Source of the DNA: Minisyncoccota bacterium
Lineage (GTDB): Bacteria; Patescibacteriota; Minisyncoccia; Phycocordibacterales; XYD1-FULL-46-19
DNA: 64,000 bases
Direction: 5' to 3'
Assembly (NCBI GenBank): GCA_041663165.1
Contig: JBAZRF010000001.1
Span: 736 to 64,735, forward strand
Shown here: positions 54,779 through 64,000 of the stretch, piece by piece
How the letters are laid out: each line of letters opens with the position of its first letter
Numbering within the stretch: position 1 is the first letter of the stretch
Notes under the pieces: generated by a model
Database searches by the model: none
What the model saw: only the letters and a program-made list of their open reading frames with translations
Told to the model about the DNA's origin: nothing
Program-made: the position numbers and the translations under genes

Positions 54779-56054
54779 GCTTTAATCTTTGAAGACTTTC
54801 CTTTTTGCCTAAAATCGAAGCTACGGTAAATGGGTCGGGCGATTTCTCTCGGCCCGTTAAAGCGACGCGCATTGGCCACAAAACATCGGCCCTCCCCTGC
54901 TCGGTGGCAAAATCCCATAATTTATTTTTTATTTTTTCGGCCGACCAATCACCCCCATCCAGCTTTTCTAAGAGGTCGATTGTCTCATCCAAGAATTTTC
55001 CTTCTCTTAATAATTCTTTCGTCGGTTCGGGTGGCGCGAAAAAGAAATCAAACTCTCCGTTCCCCACTAAATTTTTGGCCTCGCTCAAATTATTAATGCG
55101 TTCCGAAATTATTTTGGCAAGTGGCAAAAACTTTTCTGGTATAAATCTGGTTAGCTCTTCCTCTAACCTGGCTAGGGAGAGACGTTTAATGAACTCGCGA
55201 TTGATCCAATCCAATTTTATTTGGTCAAAAATAGCGCCTCCTTTTTGCACCCTTGACAGATCAAATGATTTTATCAATTCTTCTTTATAAAATATTTCCT
55301 GTTCTGTGCCTGGGTTCCAACCCAAGAGGGCCATATAATTTAAAATTGCTTCAGGCAGATATCCTCGCTTTCGGTATTCAGCAATAGCCACAGCCCCGTG
55401 TCTTTTTGATAGCTTGGACCGATCGGGCGAAAGAACCAGAGGCAAGTGGGCATAGATGGGTGTCGGCGCTCCAATTGCTTCTTGAATTAAAATCTGTCGC
55501 GGAGTGTTAGAAATGTGATCCTCGCCTCGTATCACCTCGTTAACGCCCAGCTCAAAGTCGTCAACAACGACGGCTAGATGAAAGATGGGCTCATCAAGAC
55601 TCTTGGCGATCACAAAGTCGCCGAGATCGGTAGTATCCATCTCTACTAATCCCCTGATCTTATCTTGAAAGCTAACCTTTTTATTCGGATTACGGAAACG
55701 AATGACCTCTTCTCGCCAATCTTTGTCCGGTTCAAGATCGGCCGGCTTTTCTTCTTTGGATAGATAAGCCTTATCTTCGTTGATCAATTGTTGCAGATAC
55801 TTTTTATGAATGCTAACCCGTTTTGATTGATAATGTAGTTCATCATAATCTAACCCAAGCCAATCGAGGCTTTCAATAATGTCGTCAGCGTATTCTTTTT
55901 TTGAGCGTTCGCGGTCGGTGTCTTCAATTCGCAAAATAAATTTGCCACCAGCTTGTCTCGCGGCCAGGTAGCTAAAAACGGCCGTGCGATAGTTCCCGGC
56001 ATGAAAAAGTCCTGTTGGACTCGGGGCAAATCTGGTAACGACATTATTCTTCAT
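54756..56054 (-). CDS. gltX: Glutamyl-tRNA synthetase
   Basis: RFAPSPTG, HAGN, RIEDTD, IRGEDH and KLSKR motifs. Confidence 0.97.
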   Translation of the reverse strand: MKNNVVTRFAPSPTGLFHAGNYRTAVFSYLAARQAGGKFILRIEDTDRERSKKEYADDIIESLDWLGLDYDELHYQSKRVSIHKKYLQQLINEDKAYLSKEEKPADLEPDKDWREEVIRFRNPNKKVSFQDKIRGLVEMDTTDLGDFVIAKSLDEPIFHLAVVVDDFELGVNEVIRGEDHISNTPRQILIQEAIGAPTPIYAHLPLVLSPDRSKLSKRHGAVAIAEYRKRGYLPEAILNYMALLGWNPGTEQEIFYKEELIKSFDLSRVQKGGAIFDQIKLDWINREFIKRLSLARLEEELTRFIPEKFLPLAKIISERINNLSEAKNLVGNGEFDFFFAPPEPTKELLREGKFLDETIDLLEKLDGGDWSAEKIKNKLWDFATEQGRADVLWPMRVALTGREKSPDPFTVASILGKKESLQRLKHAQKILN

Positions 56055-57183
56055 GACGCAGGGCGATTTTAAGCACTTCTTCGGCTATCAACTTGGCCGC
56101 CTCGGGCCGGGCAAAACTTTTGGCGCCCCTAGACATCTCAGCGTGCAATTTCTCATCAGTCATAATGCGATCGACCTCAGATAAAACGATTGAAGGGGTC
56201 AAGTTTTTTTCTTCGATTACCACCGCTCCTCCACTTCGAGCATAGGTCAGGGCGTTGGTCCTCTGGTCATGGCTAATTTCTTCGGGAATCGGAATAACAA
56301 TAGACGGTAGCCCCCAATTGGCAATCTCAAACAGGGCTGAACCGGCGCGAGTAATAACAAGCGAGGACACACCCGCCGTCATCCGCATGGCCGAATTATT
56401 AAGATAGTCAAAAATGCGATAACGATTAGCCAAAGGATTATCTTTTAGTAAAAAATTTGCCCGAGCTTGGACCTCGGCAAAATTATTTTTGCCAACCTGG
56501 TGGATAATCTGATATTTGGCTAGGAGCTTCGGTAAAATATCAAGAATAACACCATTGATTTTCATTGCACCGAGCGATCCGCCAACAACGAAGATTACCG
56601 GAGCGTCTTTCTCTAGACGTAAAAATTCTCGCGCGCCAATTTTGACGGGGGTCATTATTTCTTGGCGCAGAGGATTTCCCGTTACTGCCGTGCGATCTTT
56701 TGGAAAATATTCTGTGGCTTCAGGATAAGAGAGGGCAATTCGAACGGCAAATTTACCCGCCCAAAGATTGACTCGTCCCGGGTGTGAGTCCGATTCATGA
56801 ATGATTACCGGGATGCGCAAAATCCTGGCAGCAAGCAACGCTGGGAAACTGGCATAACCACCTTTGCCAAAGATGACATCGGGGTAAATAGCAAAAACTT
56901 TAAAGAGGGCTTTTACCGAGCCCAGCAAAGTTTTAAATAAATCAAAAAAGTTTTTCAGCAGACTTAAGGGCGATTTGTCTCGGCGCAATTTGCCGGCCGA
57001 AATAGGGACAAATTTAATGTTGTTTTCAAATAGGACTTGCTTATTATATGGCGCGTCAGACATAAGAATAAGTTCTGGCTCAACTAATTTCTCAGCCGTG
57101 GCCAAAAGTCTAATTTCTTGAGCGACGGCAATTATCGGATAAAAATGCCCGCCGGTGCCACCACCGGTAAATAAAATCTTCAT
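56044..57183 (-). CDS. murG: Lipid II GlcNAc transferase MurG
   Basis: GGGTGGHFYP, KGGYAS, TGNPLR, GGSLGA and HDQRTNA motifs. Confidence 0.96.
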   Translation of the reverse strand: MKILFTGGGTGGHFYPIIAVAQEIRLLATAEKLVEPELILMSDAPYNKQVLFENNIKFVPISAGKLRRDKSPLSLLKNFFDLFKTLLGSVKALFKVFAIYPDVIFGKGGYASFPALLAARILRIPVIIHESDSHPGRVNLWAGKFAVRIALSYPEATEYFPKDRTAVTGNPLRQEIMTPVKIGAREFLRLEKDAPVIFVVGGSLGAMKINGVILDILPKLLAKYQIIHQVGKNNFAEVQARANFLLKDNPLANRYRIFDYLNNSAMRMTAGVSSLVITRAGSALFEIANWGLPSIVIPIPEEISHDQRTNALTYARSGGAVVIEEKNLTPSIVLSEVDRIMTDEKLHAEMSRGAKSFARPEAAKLIAEEVLKIALRHEE

Positions 57184-58277
57184 ATTTTTGTTTCGTTTTT
57201 AGATATGTTCAGTATAATACCGACCCCGATTAAAGCAAAGAGAAGTGCTGTTCCGCCATGGCTGATAAAGGGCAGGGGGACACCGGTTAATGGTAGGAGG
57301 CCAAGCATGGCGCCAATGTTGATAAACGCTTGGCTAGTGATGAGCACAATCAGGCCTGTGCCCAAAAGCCGACCAAAAGGGTCAATTACTTTAGACATGA
57401 TCTTGAGTCCCCAAATCGCAAAAGCTAAATACAAGAAAACCAATAAAGAAGCGCCTAACAAGCCAAATTCTTCGCTGGCAACGGCAAAAATAGAGTCCCC
57501 GATTGGTTGGGGTAAGAAGTTAAATTTTTGAACGCTTTGACCAAAACCCCGGCCCATTAATCCGCCCGAACCAATGGCAATCAGGGATTGGTTTATTTGG
57601 TAGGAAGAACCAGTTACATCATGTTTAGGGTTCAAAAATGTTTCAATCCGATCGCGAACATAGGGCCGGGTAAAAGCTAAAAGACCAACCGCCACGATAC
57701 CAAGTAGGAAAAGCAAAAAAAGGTGTCGCCAATGGCCGCCAGCGGCAACAAAAATACCCAAAGCACCGGCGACAATAACCATGAGCGTGCCAGTATCTGG
57801 CTGTAGAAGCATTAACCCACCAACTATTCCTAAAAAAATTAAAAATGGCAAAAAGCCATTACTTAAACTCTGTAAGCGATCTTTCCTAACGCTAGCCCAA
57901 GCGGCCAAAAAAATAATAAAAGTAAATTTAAGAAATTCTGACGGCTGAATCGTGAAGGGTCCAAGGAGAAGCCAGCGTTTGGCTCCACCATAAACAAAAC
58001 CGAGACCGGGAACAAAAACTAGTCCAGTCAAAACAACAGCCAAAGCAAAAAGATAAGGTGAATACGGCTTAATACTCCTGTAGGGTGTATTAGCAAAAAC
58101 AATTGTTAAAATAAGTCCACTCAACAGGACACCTAATTGTTTGAGGGCGACGGTAGTAAAGCTAGCACTATCACGGCCCATTTGACCGAGCGAGGCTGAC
58201 ATAAAAATAGCAAAACCAACCACGATTAAGGTTAGAACGATCAACAACAAAACTCGGTCTGGTCTTTTTGCTCGCAT
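57180..58277 (-). CDS. ftsW: Peptidoglycan polymerase FtsW
   Basis: GAKRW, QPSEFLK, QPDTG and LPFISHGGT motifs, adjacent to murG. Confidence 0.94.
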   Translation of the reverse strand: MRAKRPDRVLLLIVLTLIVVGFAIFMSASLGQMGRDSASFTTVALKQLGVLLSGLILTIVFANTPYRSIKPYSPYLFALAVVLTGLVFVPGLGFVYGGAKRWLLLGPFTIQPSEFLKFTFIIFLAAWASVRKDRLQSLSNGFLPFLIFLGIVGGLMLLQPDTGTLMVIVAGALGIFVAAGGHWRHLFLLFLLGIVAVGLLAFTRPYVRDRIETFLNPKHDVTGSSYQINQSLIAIGSGGLMGRGFGQSVQKFNFLPQPIGDSIFAVASEEFGLLGASLLVFLYLAFAIWGLKIMSKVIDPFGRLLGTGLIVLITSQAFINIGAMLGLLPLTGVPLPFISHGGTALLFALIGVGIILNISKNETKI

Positions 58278-58321
58278 TAGCTGGTTATTTTACTGTTTAA
58301 TTATTGATAGAGAATCCGTAA

Positions 58322-58843
58322 TTAATGATTTCGTTCATCATATTCATCATCCGTTAATAAATTCGCATACATTCTTGCTGTTTCCTCGTCTTTGACGCCA
58401 ATGGCCGCTTGAGCGGCCTCAAAAAGTGCATCAGCGAGACTTCTTCGCCAGGCAGGATTTCTTTCTGTTCGTTCCATGTAAAAGGCCACAAGCACCTTAT
58501 TAAAAGCGGCCGGATCATAGGTTTTGTCTTCAAATTTGCCTTGAATCAGGCCAATCTGAACGTTCAAGATCGGTGTAGCTTCAGGGTTTTCTGGGCCGAG
58601 GGTCGCTAATTTTTCGACGGCTTCTTCTCGCGACAGCCCACTCTCTGTTATCGGGGTGTTATTCGTTCTTCTCTCAACAACATCTGGATCATCATCTTTG
58701 AAGGGAAAAGGGACTTCTTTTTTCTCGTCGGGAACCCGGCCTTCCTCCTTTTGTTCTCGAGCTGCTTCTGAAAGTTCTGAAGCGCTAGTCATGGCGCCTG
58801 TTGACAACGGCGCCTGATCGGGTCCTGGTTCATCCCATCTCAT
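58322..58843 (-). CDS. Acidic hypothetical protein
   Basis: 173-aa ORF with AT-rich upstream region. Confidence 0.7.
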   Translation of the reverse strand: MRWDEPGPDQAPLSTGAMTSASELSEAAREQKEEGRVPDEKKEVPFPFKDDDPDVVERRTNNTPITESGLSREEAVEKLATLGPENPEATPILNVQIGLIQGKFEDKTYDPAAFNKVLVAFYMERTERNPAWRRSLADALFEAAQAAIGVKDEETARMYANLLTDDEYDERNH

Positions 58844-58934
58844 GTTTTTATTTTATTAAGGTTATTAATTTTAATAACTTAGACTCTTGTCTATAATAAC
58901 AAAAATCTCCGAAAGGTGGTATACTCACAGGGCG

Positions 58935-59930
58935 ATGTTATTAGATGAAGTCAAAATCAAGGTAATCGCTGGCCATGGCGGGAGAGGCGCGGTGGCTTTT
59001 AATAAACTTAAACTGGTGCAGGGGCCCAACGGCGGCAATGGTGGCAAGGGTGGGAGCATTATCTTTGAGGGGGTTTCGGACCTTGGCGCCCTGTCTCAAT
59101 TTCGTTATCAAAAAGATGTTATTGCCTCAGATGGTGGTCGTGGCCATGGTAATTTTGTTGACGGTCCTGATGCGGAGAACCTGATTTTGAGAATTCCCGT
59201 AGGCACGGTTATTCATAATTTAACGACCGGTAAAGATGTCGAAATGACCGCCATTGGTGAACAACTCTTAATTGCTAAAGGGGGCAAAGCGGGCAAGGGT
59301 AATTTTAAATTTCGTTCTTCGACTAATACTACCCCAAAAGAATTTCAGCCCGGCCTACCCGGAGAAAGTTTCGAATTAGAGCTCGAATTAAAACTAATTG
59401 CCGACGTTGGTCTAATTGGTTTGCCCAATGTTGGCAAATCTACTTTGCTCAATTTACTCACTAATGCCAAAAGTAAGGTGGCTAATTACCCTTTTACCAC
59501 TCTCGAACCCAATCTCGGTGTTTATTATGATTTGGTTCTGGCTGATATCCCTGGTTTAATTGAGGGTGCCTCCGAGGGTAAGGGTTTGGGTCATAAATTT
59601 TTGCGTCACGTTGAACGAACTAAAACTCTTTTTCACCTTGTCTCGGCCGATAGTGCTGATCTTAAAAAAGATTACGAAACGATTCGGGCCGAACTCTCGG
59701 CTTACAACCCCAAACTGGCCGAAAAGCCTGAATATTTAATTATTGCCAAAACCGACATGGTCTCCCCCGCCGAACTCAAAAAACTAATTACCAAAGCCAA
59801 AAAACTAAAATGTTCGTCACTCGGTGACCAACAAAGTGATGTTCTTACCCTCTCAATTATCGATGACGCCTCGCTTGAGCCAATCAAAAAAGTGCTTAAC
59901 AGAATTGCTGACGGAAAAAAGAAAAGTTAA
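58935..59930 (+). CDS. obgE: GTPase ObgE/CgtA
   Basis: Gly-rich Obg domain, GLPNVGKST, YPFTT and DIPGLIEGA motifs. Start ATG 58935. Confidence 0.96.
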   Translation: MLLDEVKIKVIAGHGGRGAVAFNKLKLVQGPNGGNGGKGGSIIFEGVSDLGALSQFRYQKDVIASDGGRGHGNFVDGPDAENLILRIPVGTVIHNLTTGKDVEMTAIGEQLLIAKGGKAGKGNFKFRSSTNTTPKEFQPGLPGESFELELELKLIADVGLIGLPNVGKSTLLNLLTNAKSKVANYPFTTLEPNLGVYYDLVLADIPGLIEGASEGKGLGHKFLRHVERTKTLFHLVSADSADLKKDYETIRAELSAYNPKLAEKPEYLIIAKTDMVSPAELKKLITKAKKLKCSSLGDQQSDVLTLSIIDDASLEPIKKVLNRIADGKKKS

Positions 59931-60991
59931 ATTTTGGGTCCGCCGATGAGGGTGATAATCATGCCAATGATGGCGAAGACGATGCCGATGATCCAGTAGC
60001 GCATCACGACTTTGTAAGCGGGCCAGCCGATGGCTTCGAAATGATGATGAAGAGGTGCTACGAGAAAAATCTTTTTGCCATGGCGGAATTTTTTTGAGGC
60101 CATCTGGATAATATTTGAGAGAACGGTGGCGACAAGTGGCAAAGCAATAATTGGCAAAGTGGCAACTGAATCAGTAAGGAAGGCGACAACTGTTAAGGCG
60201 GTAGTTAGGCCTAAAATACCTGTTTCGGACATATAAAAGCGCGCTGGTGGGATATTAAACCACAAAAAAGCTAAGAGTCCGCCGGTGACTGCTCCACAAA
60301 AAGCGGCCAGGTCGATTTGATTTTGAAAGAAAGCGATAACCGTGTAAGAAGCAAAAATAATGGCCATTACACCGCCGGAAAGGCCATCTAACCCATCAAT
60401 CACTCCGCTTGCGAATAAAGCAATCATCACTAAAACAAATAGCGGGATAATCAGCCAGCCGAGCGTTAGGATACCAACAAAAGGTAGGGTGATGGCCGTT
60501 ACTCCTAACTTAAAATAAAACCAATAAGCGCCAATTAGGCCCAAAAGGGTGACAATAAGTAGGCGGTGTGAGAAGGGCAAGCCGGCATTTTTACAGTCTT
60601 GCTCAGCTTTAACCTGGCGCCAGTCATCAACTAAGCCAACGATCGAGCCGACCAGGAGAGTAAAGAGCGGTAACCAAGTTTGATTACGGCTAAAGAAATT
60701 GAATTTATCTGTCCCAGCCCAAAACGAAGTAATAAGCCAAAAAAGCAGGGTAGTAATTAAGACGCTGCCCCAAATCACAATTCCGCCCATGCGCGGTGTG
60801 CCGGTATCTCGATTTTTATGAAGTTCATTAAAAATGGGTGTGGCGCAGCCATCGGGAGCAATCTTGCCAGCCTTTTTCTTCCACATTTTATTTTTATATA
60901 ACCAGTTAGTCAGAAACGGGGTTATCCCCATCCCAATAAAAAAGGCCACGGCCGCCGGCAAAAAAACTTTCAATAAACTCAAGTAAGCCAT
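59927..60991 (-). CDS. mraY: Phospho-MurNAc-pentapeptide transferase
   Basis: GTPRMGG, GLVDD, DGLDGL and APLHHHFE motifs. Confidence 0.95.
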   Translation of the reverse strand: MAYLSLLKVFLPAAVAFFIGMGITPFLTNWLYKNKMWKKKAGKIAPDGCATPIFNELHKNRDTGTPRMGGIVIWGSVLITTLLFWLITSFWAGTDKFNFFSRNQTWLPLFTLLVGSIVGLVDDWRQVKAEQDCKNAGLPFSHRLLIVTLLGLIGAYWFYFKLGVTAITLPFVGILTLGWLIIPLFVLVMIALFASGVIDGLDGLSGGVMAIIFASYTVIAFFQNQIDLAAFCGAVTGGLLAFLWFNIPPARFYMSETGILGLTTALTVVAFLTDSVATLPIIALPLVATVLSNIIQMASKKFRHGKKIFLVAPLHHHFEAIGWPAYKVVMRYWIIGIVFAIIGMIITLIGGPKI

Positions 60992-60997
60992 AGTTAG

Positions 60998-61924
60998 TTA
61001 TTTGTTAGAATAATAATTTAAGGTGGCCTCGACTAACTTTTGAGTGTCGGTAAATCGCCCTTGCTCGCTCGAACCAAGCACCACAATTGCTACCGGTCGG
61101 CGTAAGCCAAGGTTAGCGGCAATTGCCAAATTGCCTCCAGCCAAGTCGGTGAGCCCGGTCTTTGAGGCAAGTAGCCCTGGGATCTCATTAACAATCTCGT
61201 CTGTATTTAAAACCGTATGATTAAAGTTGTCCAAACTCTTCTCTGTTATCGAGGCTTCCCTTGTGGCCGACAAAAGTTTTGGATTATTTTTTATAACATA
61301 AGAAAATAATTTAGCTACCGACAGGGCTGAGCCGGAGCCTCCGGGCTGAAAGTTTTCGTCCAAGCCAGTTGGATTGATAAAGCGGAGATCGATTAGACCC
61401 AGTTCAAGCGCTTTATTGTTCATCTGGTCGATAAATTCTGTTTGGTTCGGGCCGGCGAGGGCGGTCGCGCCATCGTTTGACGAACCGACTAAAGTCAGGG
61501 CGGCGAGATTAGCTAATGACCATTTTTCGCCCAGACGCAATCCCCCGCTACTGTCGTTGCTTGTCTTGTCGATGGTAATCGACTTTTGGGGTGTTCCCGT
61601 TTCGCTGGCCACTAACACGGTCATTAATTTGGTAATCGAGGCGAGCGGTAAAACCTGCTCCTCTTTTTTCCCGGCAATGAGCTCGCCCTTTTCGATGTCG
61701 TAAACGGCAAAGGCTTTAGCTTCTAAATTTAAACGACCAAAGGCCAGGGCTCGATCTACTTCTTTTTGTTCCTCAACTTTTTGAGCCGCAATCTGGTTGG
61801 CTTTTTCTTGAAGTTCAAAAAAATTAGGATAAGAAAAATAAAATCCACCCCAAATTAAAAGCAGGGCCAAAATTAAACTAATGATGACGCCATTGTCATA
61901 TTTGTTCTTAATTTTCGGTTCCAT
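60998..61924 (-). CDS. D-Ala-D-Ala carboxypeptidase (peptidase S11)
   Basis: LASITKLMT, SSN, NPTGLD and KTG motifs, N-terminal TM. Confidence 0.9.
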   Translation of the reverse strand: MEPKIKNKYDNGVIISLILALLLIWGGFYFSYPNFFELQEKANQIAAQKVEEQKEVDRALAFGRLNLEAKAFAVYDIEKGELIAGKKEEQVLPLASITKLMTVLVASETGTPQKSITIDKTSNDSSGGLRLGEKWSLANLAALTLVGSSNDGATALAGPNQTEFIDQMNNKALELGLIDLRFINPTGLDENFQPGGSGSALSVAKLFSYVIKNNPKLLSATREASITEKSLDNFNHTVLNTDEIVNEIPGLLASKTGLTDLAGGNLAIAANLGLRRPVAIVVLGSSEQGRFTDTQKLVEATLNYYSNK

Positions 61925-62480
61925 CTTCGTTTGACTGTTCAATATTGACCAAAACCTGTTCGGTCAGAAAATTAGCGACTTGTTTTTTTATTGTCTCAAA
62001 TTCGGGCAAATCCTCAACTTTTTCAATACCAAGGTGTCGTAATAGGTCGAGTGTTGGTCGATAAATAAAACGTCGAGCATCTTTTTTATCAATCTCACGT
62101 TCAATTAAACCACGAACGAGGAGATGGCGCAAAATAAAGCTGGAGTTAACTCCGCGCACATAATCAATCTCGGCCCGCGCCAGCGGTCCCTCATAGATAA
62201 TTAAGGTCAAAGTTTCAAGCGCCGCTTTGCCCAAATCGCGCGATAACTCCTCCTTGGTAATTTGTTCAATAATCGCTCCGGCCTCGCTCGCGGTGCCGAG
62301 CATTACTTCTTCACCCTGCCTAATTATTCTAACTCCCCTTTCAGCGAGGTTCCCTCCCAGCTGATTAAGGCTGGACTCAATTTCTTCAGTCGAAACGCTA
62401 AGCCATTTAACCAATTGGCTCACAGTTACCGCTTCGGCTTTGTAAAATAAAATAGCCTCTATTTTTGCTTCTAAACTCAT
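61908..62480 (-). CDS. scpB: SMC-Scp complex subunit ScpB
   Basis: IEAILF, ALETL and IDYVRGVNS motifs. Confidence 0.95.
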   Translation of the reverse strand: MSLEAKIEAILFYKAEAVTVSQLVKWLSVSTEEIESSLNQLGGNLAERGVRIIRQGEEVMLGTASEAGAIIEQITKEELSRDLGKAALETLTLIIYEGPLARAEIDYVRGVNSSFILRHLLVRGLIEREIDKKDARRFIYRPTLDLLRHLGIEKVEDLPEFETIKKQVANFLTEQVLVNIEQSNEDGTEN

Positions 62481-62535
62481 GATTATTTTTTTATATTATA
62501 CCCTACCCGACATTCTAAATACTAATCCCGAAATA

Positions 62536-63261
62536 CTAATATCTCGGTACACCAACCGATTTATTTTCCATCTCAATTTCGGCAAAGTGCGCTTTTTGTT
62601 CGATATTGATGGCGCCTTGTTTAACGAGCTCAAGCATGCCGAGAAAACTGACAATAATATTAACTTTATCTTTTTTGTCCTTAACAAAATCACCGAACGA
62701 CATTTTGAGAGCTCGGCTAACCCGTTCAGCCAAGTCGCTAATCACCTCCTCCAAACTAATCACTTTTTTAATGATTGTTTGCGGAATAATTTCTTTAGTC
62801 GGCAAATTATTGAGCAGTCGCTTAACGGCCTCGAATAGGCCGGGCAAAGTTATTTCGCGCGTTGGCGAAAAAACAATTACCGGCGCCGAACCCTCTTCCC
62901 GGCCAAAAATGATGTCCTTACCGAATCTTTCTTTAAGATGCCGGCTTAGGTCACGGACGCGTTGTAAACGCTTGAGTCGGTCTTCGAGGTCTGACACGCT
63001 TTCTTTTTCTTCTTCACTCAACTGTAATCCTGGGAGTAAGGCTAGGGACTTAATGAGCATGAGGGTCGAAGCGACCATAATAAAATTGGCCATCAGCTCC
63101 ATCGATTGATTCTCTTGGTTTTTCAGATAATTAACATAGCCATCTGCCACTTGCGCTAAAGACACCTGCGAGATGTGCATTTTGCGCTTCTCGATCAGGT
63201 TGAGTAGCAAATCCAAAGGACCCTCAAAATCCGCGATTTTAACCCTAAAATTCTCTTCCAT
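62536..63261 (-). CDS. scpA: Segregation/condensation protein ScpA
   Basis: FEGPLDLLL and FLGMLELVK motifs. Confidence 0.95.
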   Translation of the reverse strand: MEENFRVKIADFEGPLDLLLNLIEKRKMHISQVSLAQVADGYVNYLKNQENQSMELMANFIMVASTLMLIKSLALLPGLQLSEEEKESVSDLEDRLKRLQRVRDLSRHLKERFGKDIIFGREEGSAPVIVFSPTREITLPGLFEAVKRLLNNLPTKEIIPQTIIKKVISLEEVISDLAERVSRALKMSFGDFVKDKKDKVNIIVSFLGMLELVKQGAINIEQKAHFAEIEMENKSVGVPRY

Positions 63262-63301
63262 TAAGCCAATTTTACCTTTTTATGGTGAGCTTGTCGAACT
63301 A

Positions 63302-64000
63302 CTATTTGTCGGTCGATAACAGATTGTCTATACGATTCATGTCCCTCGGGAAAGAGGTGGCCTCCTTGATGTTTGCGAGTTCAAGCAGTCGGGCAGTGAA
63401 GCGCTCAAGGCCAGTTGAGGATCCGCCATGGGGAGGCATACCATATTTGAAGGTTTGTAGATAAAACTTAAATTTCTCTGGATCCATGCCTCGGCTCTTT
63501 ATTTTTTCTACCAACTCTTCGTAATTATGAATTCGCTGGCTACCACTATTGATTTCCAATCCACGAAAGATTAAGTCAAAACTGAGCGATAACTTCGGAT
63601 TGGTTGGATCGGCATAAGTGTAAAAAGCTCGCTTTGATGTTGGGAAATGGGTAATGAAGACAAAGTCTGATCCTTTTTCTCTTTTTGCCCACTCGCAAAT
63701 TTGTCGCTCATGTTCCGGTTCCATGTCCGGTTCACCAACCGCTTTTGTGCCGAATTCTTTTTCGAGAATTTCTTGCGCTTCAAGCAGGGTTAAGATTGGA
63801 AATTTTTCGGGGATCAAGGGCTTTTCGGTGTTAAATTCTTTAAAAACCTCGGCATGTCTATCGGCTACCGCATTAACCGAATCTTTGATCGCTTGTTCGA
63901 GCACGGCCATCGGATCCAAATGATTTTTGATGAAACCCATCTCAAAGTCCATCTGGGTGATTTCGCTGATATGTCTCGTCGTCGCTGATTTCTCGGCGCG
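63302..64000 (-). CDS. aspS: Archaeal/eukaryotic-type aspartyl-tRNA synthetase (probably Asp/Asn non-discriminating), 5'-truncated by window edge
   Basis: Frame is open to the edge (RAEKSATTRHISE). GSQRIH, YGMPPHGG and FPRD motifs. Confidence 0.88.
   Translation of the reverse strand, partial: RAEKSATTRHISEITQMDFEMGFIKNHLDPMAVLEQAIKDSVNAVADRHAEVFKEFNTEKPLIPEKFPILTLLEAQEILEKEFGTKAVGEPDMEPEHERQICEWAKREKGSDFVFITHFPTSKRAFYTYADPTNPKLSLSFDLIFRGLEINSGSQRIHNYEELVEKIKSRGMDPEKFKFYLQTFKYGMPPHGGSSTGLERFTARLLELANIKEATSFPRDMNRIDNLLSTDK

Overview
Bacterial chromosomal segment. Gene content suggests a reduced Patescibacteria/CPR (Parcubacteria-like) genome, which is an inference from helicase-degenerate PriA, INS-less ProRS, short CysRS, archaeal-type AspRS and a split dcw cluster. 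It is mostly housekeeping genes (translation, replication, peptidoglycan and division) plus one tRNA-Glu(CTC). No integrase, transposase, CRISPR array or rRNA was seen. The main signals are non-coding. (1) Many core genes have a -10 box only 6-9 nt before the ATG and look leaderless. About ten GC-richer solo genes, mostly orphans and including an unannotated 38-aa peptide, sit between them with their own sigma70 promoter, strong Shine-Dalgarno and 3' hairpin. (2) Short palindromic elements lie in frame inside fmt, holB, cysS and obgE. (3) A TTCAT-N6-TTAAT box sits 11 nt before a -10 hexamer three times around an OmpR-family regulator and hybrid kinase. (4) There are candidate structured ncRNAs, a REP/BIME-like cluster and a poly-G frameshift in an Ig-repeat surface protein.
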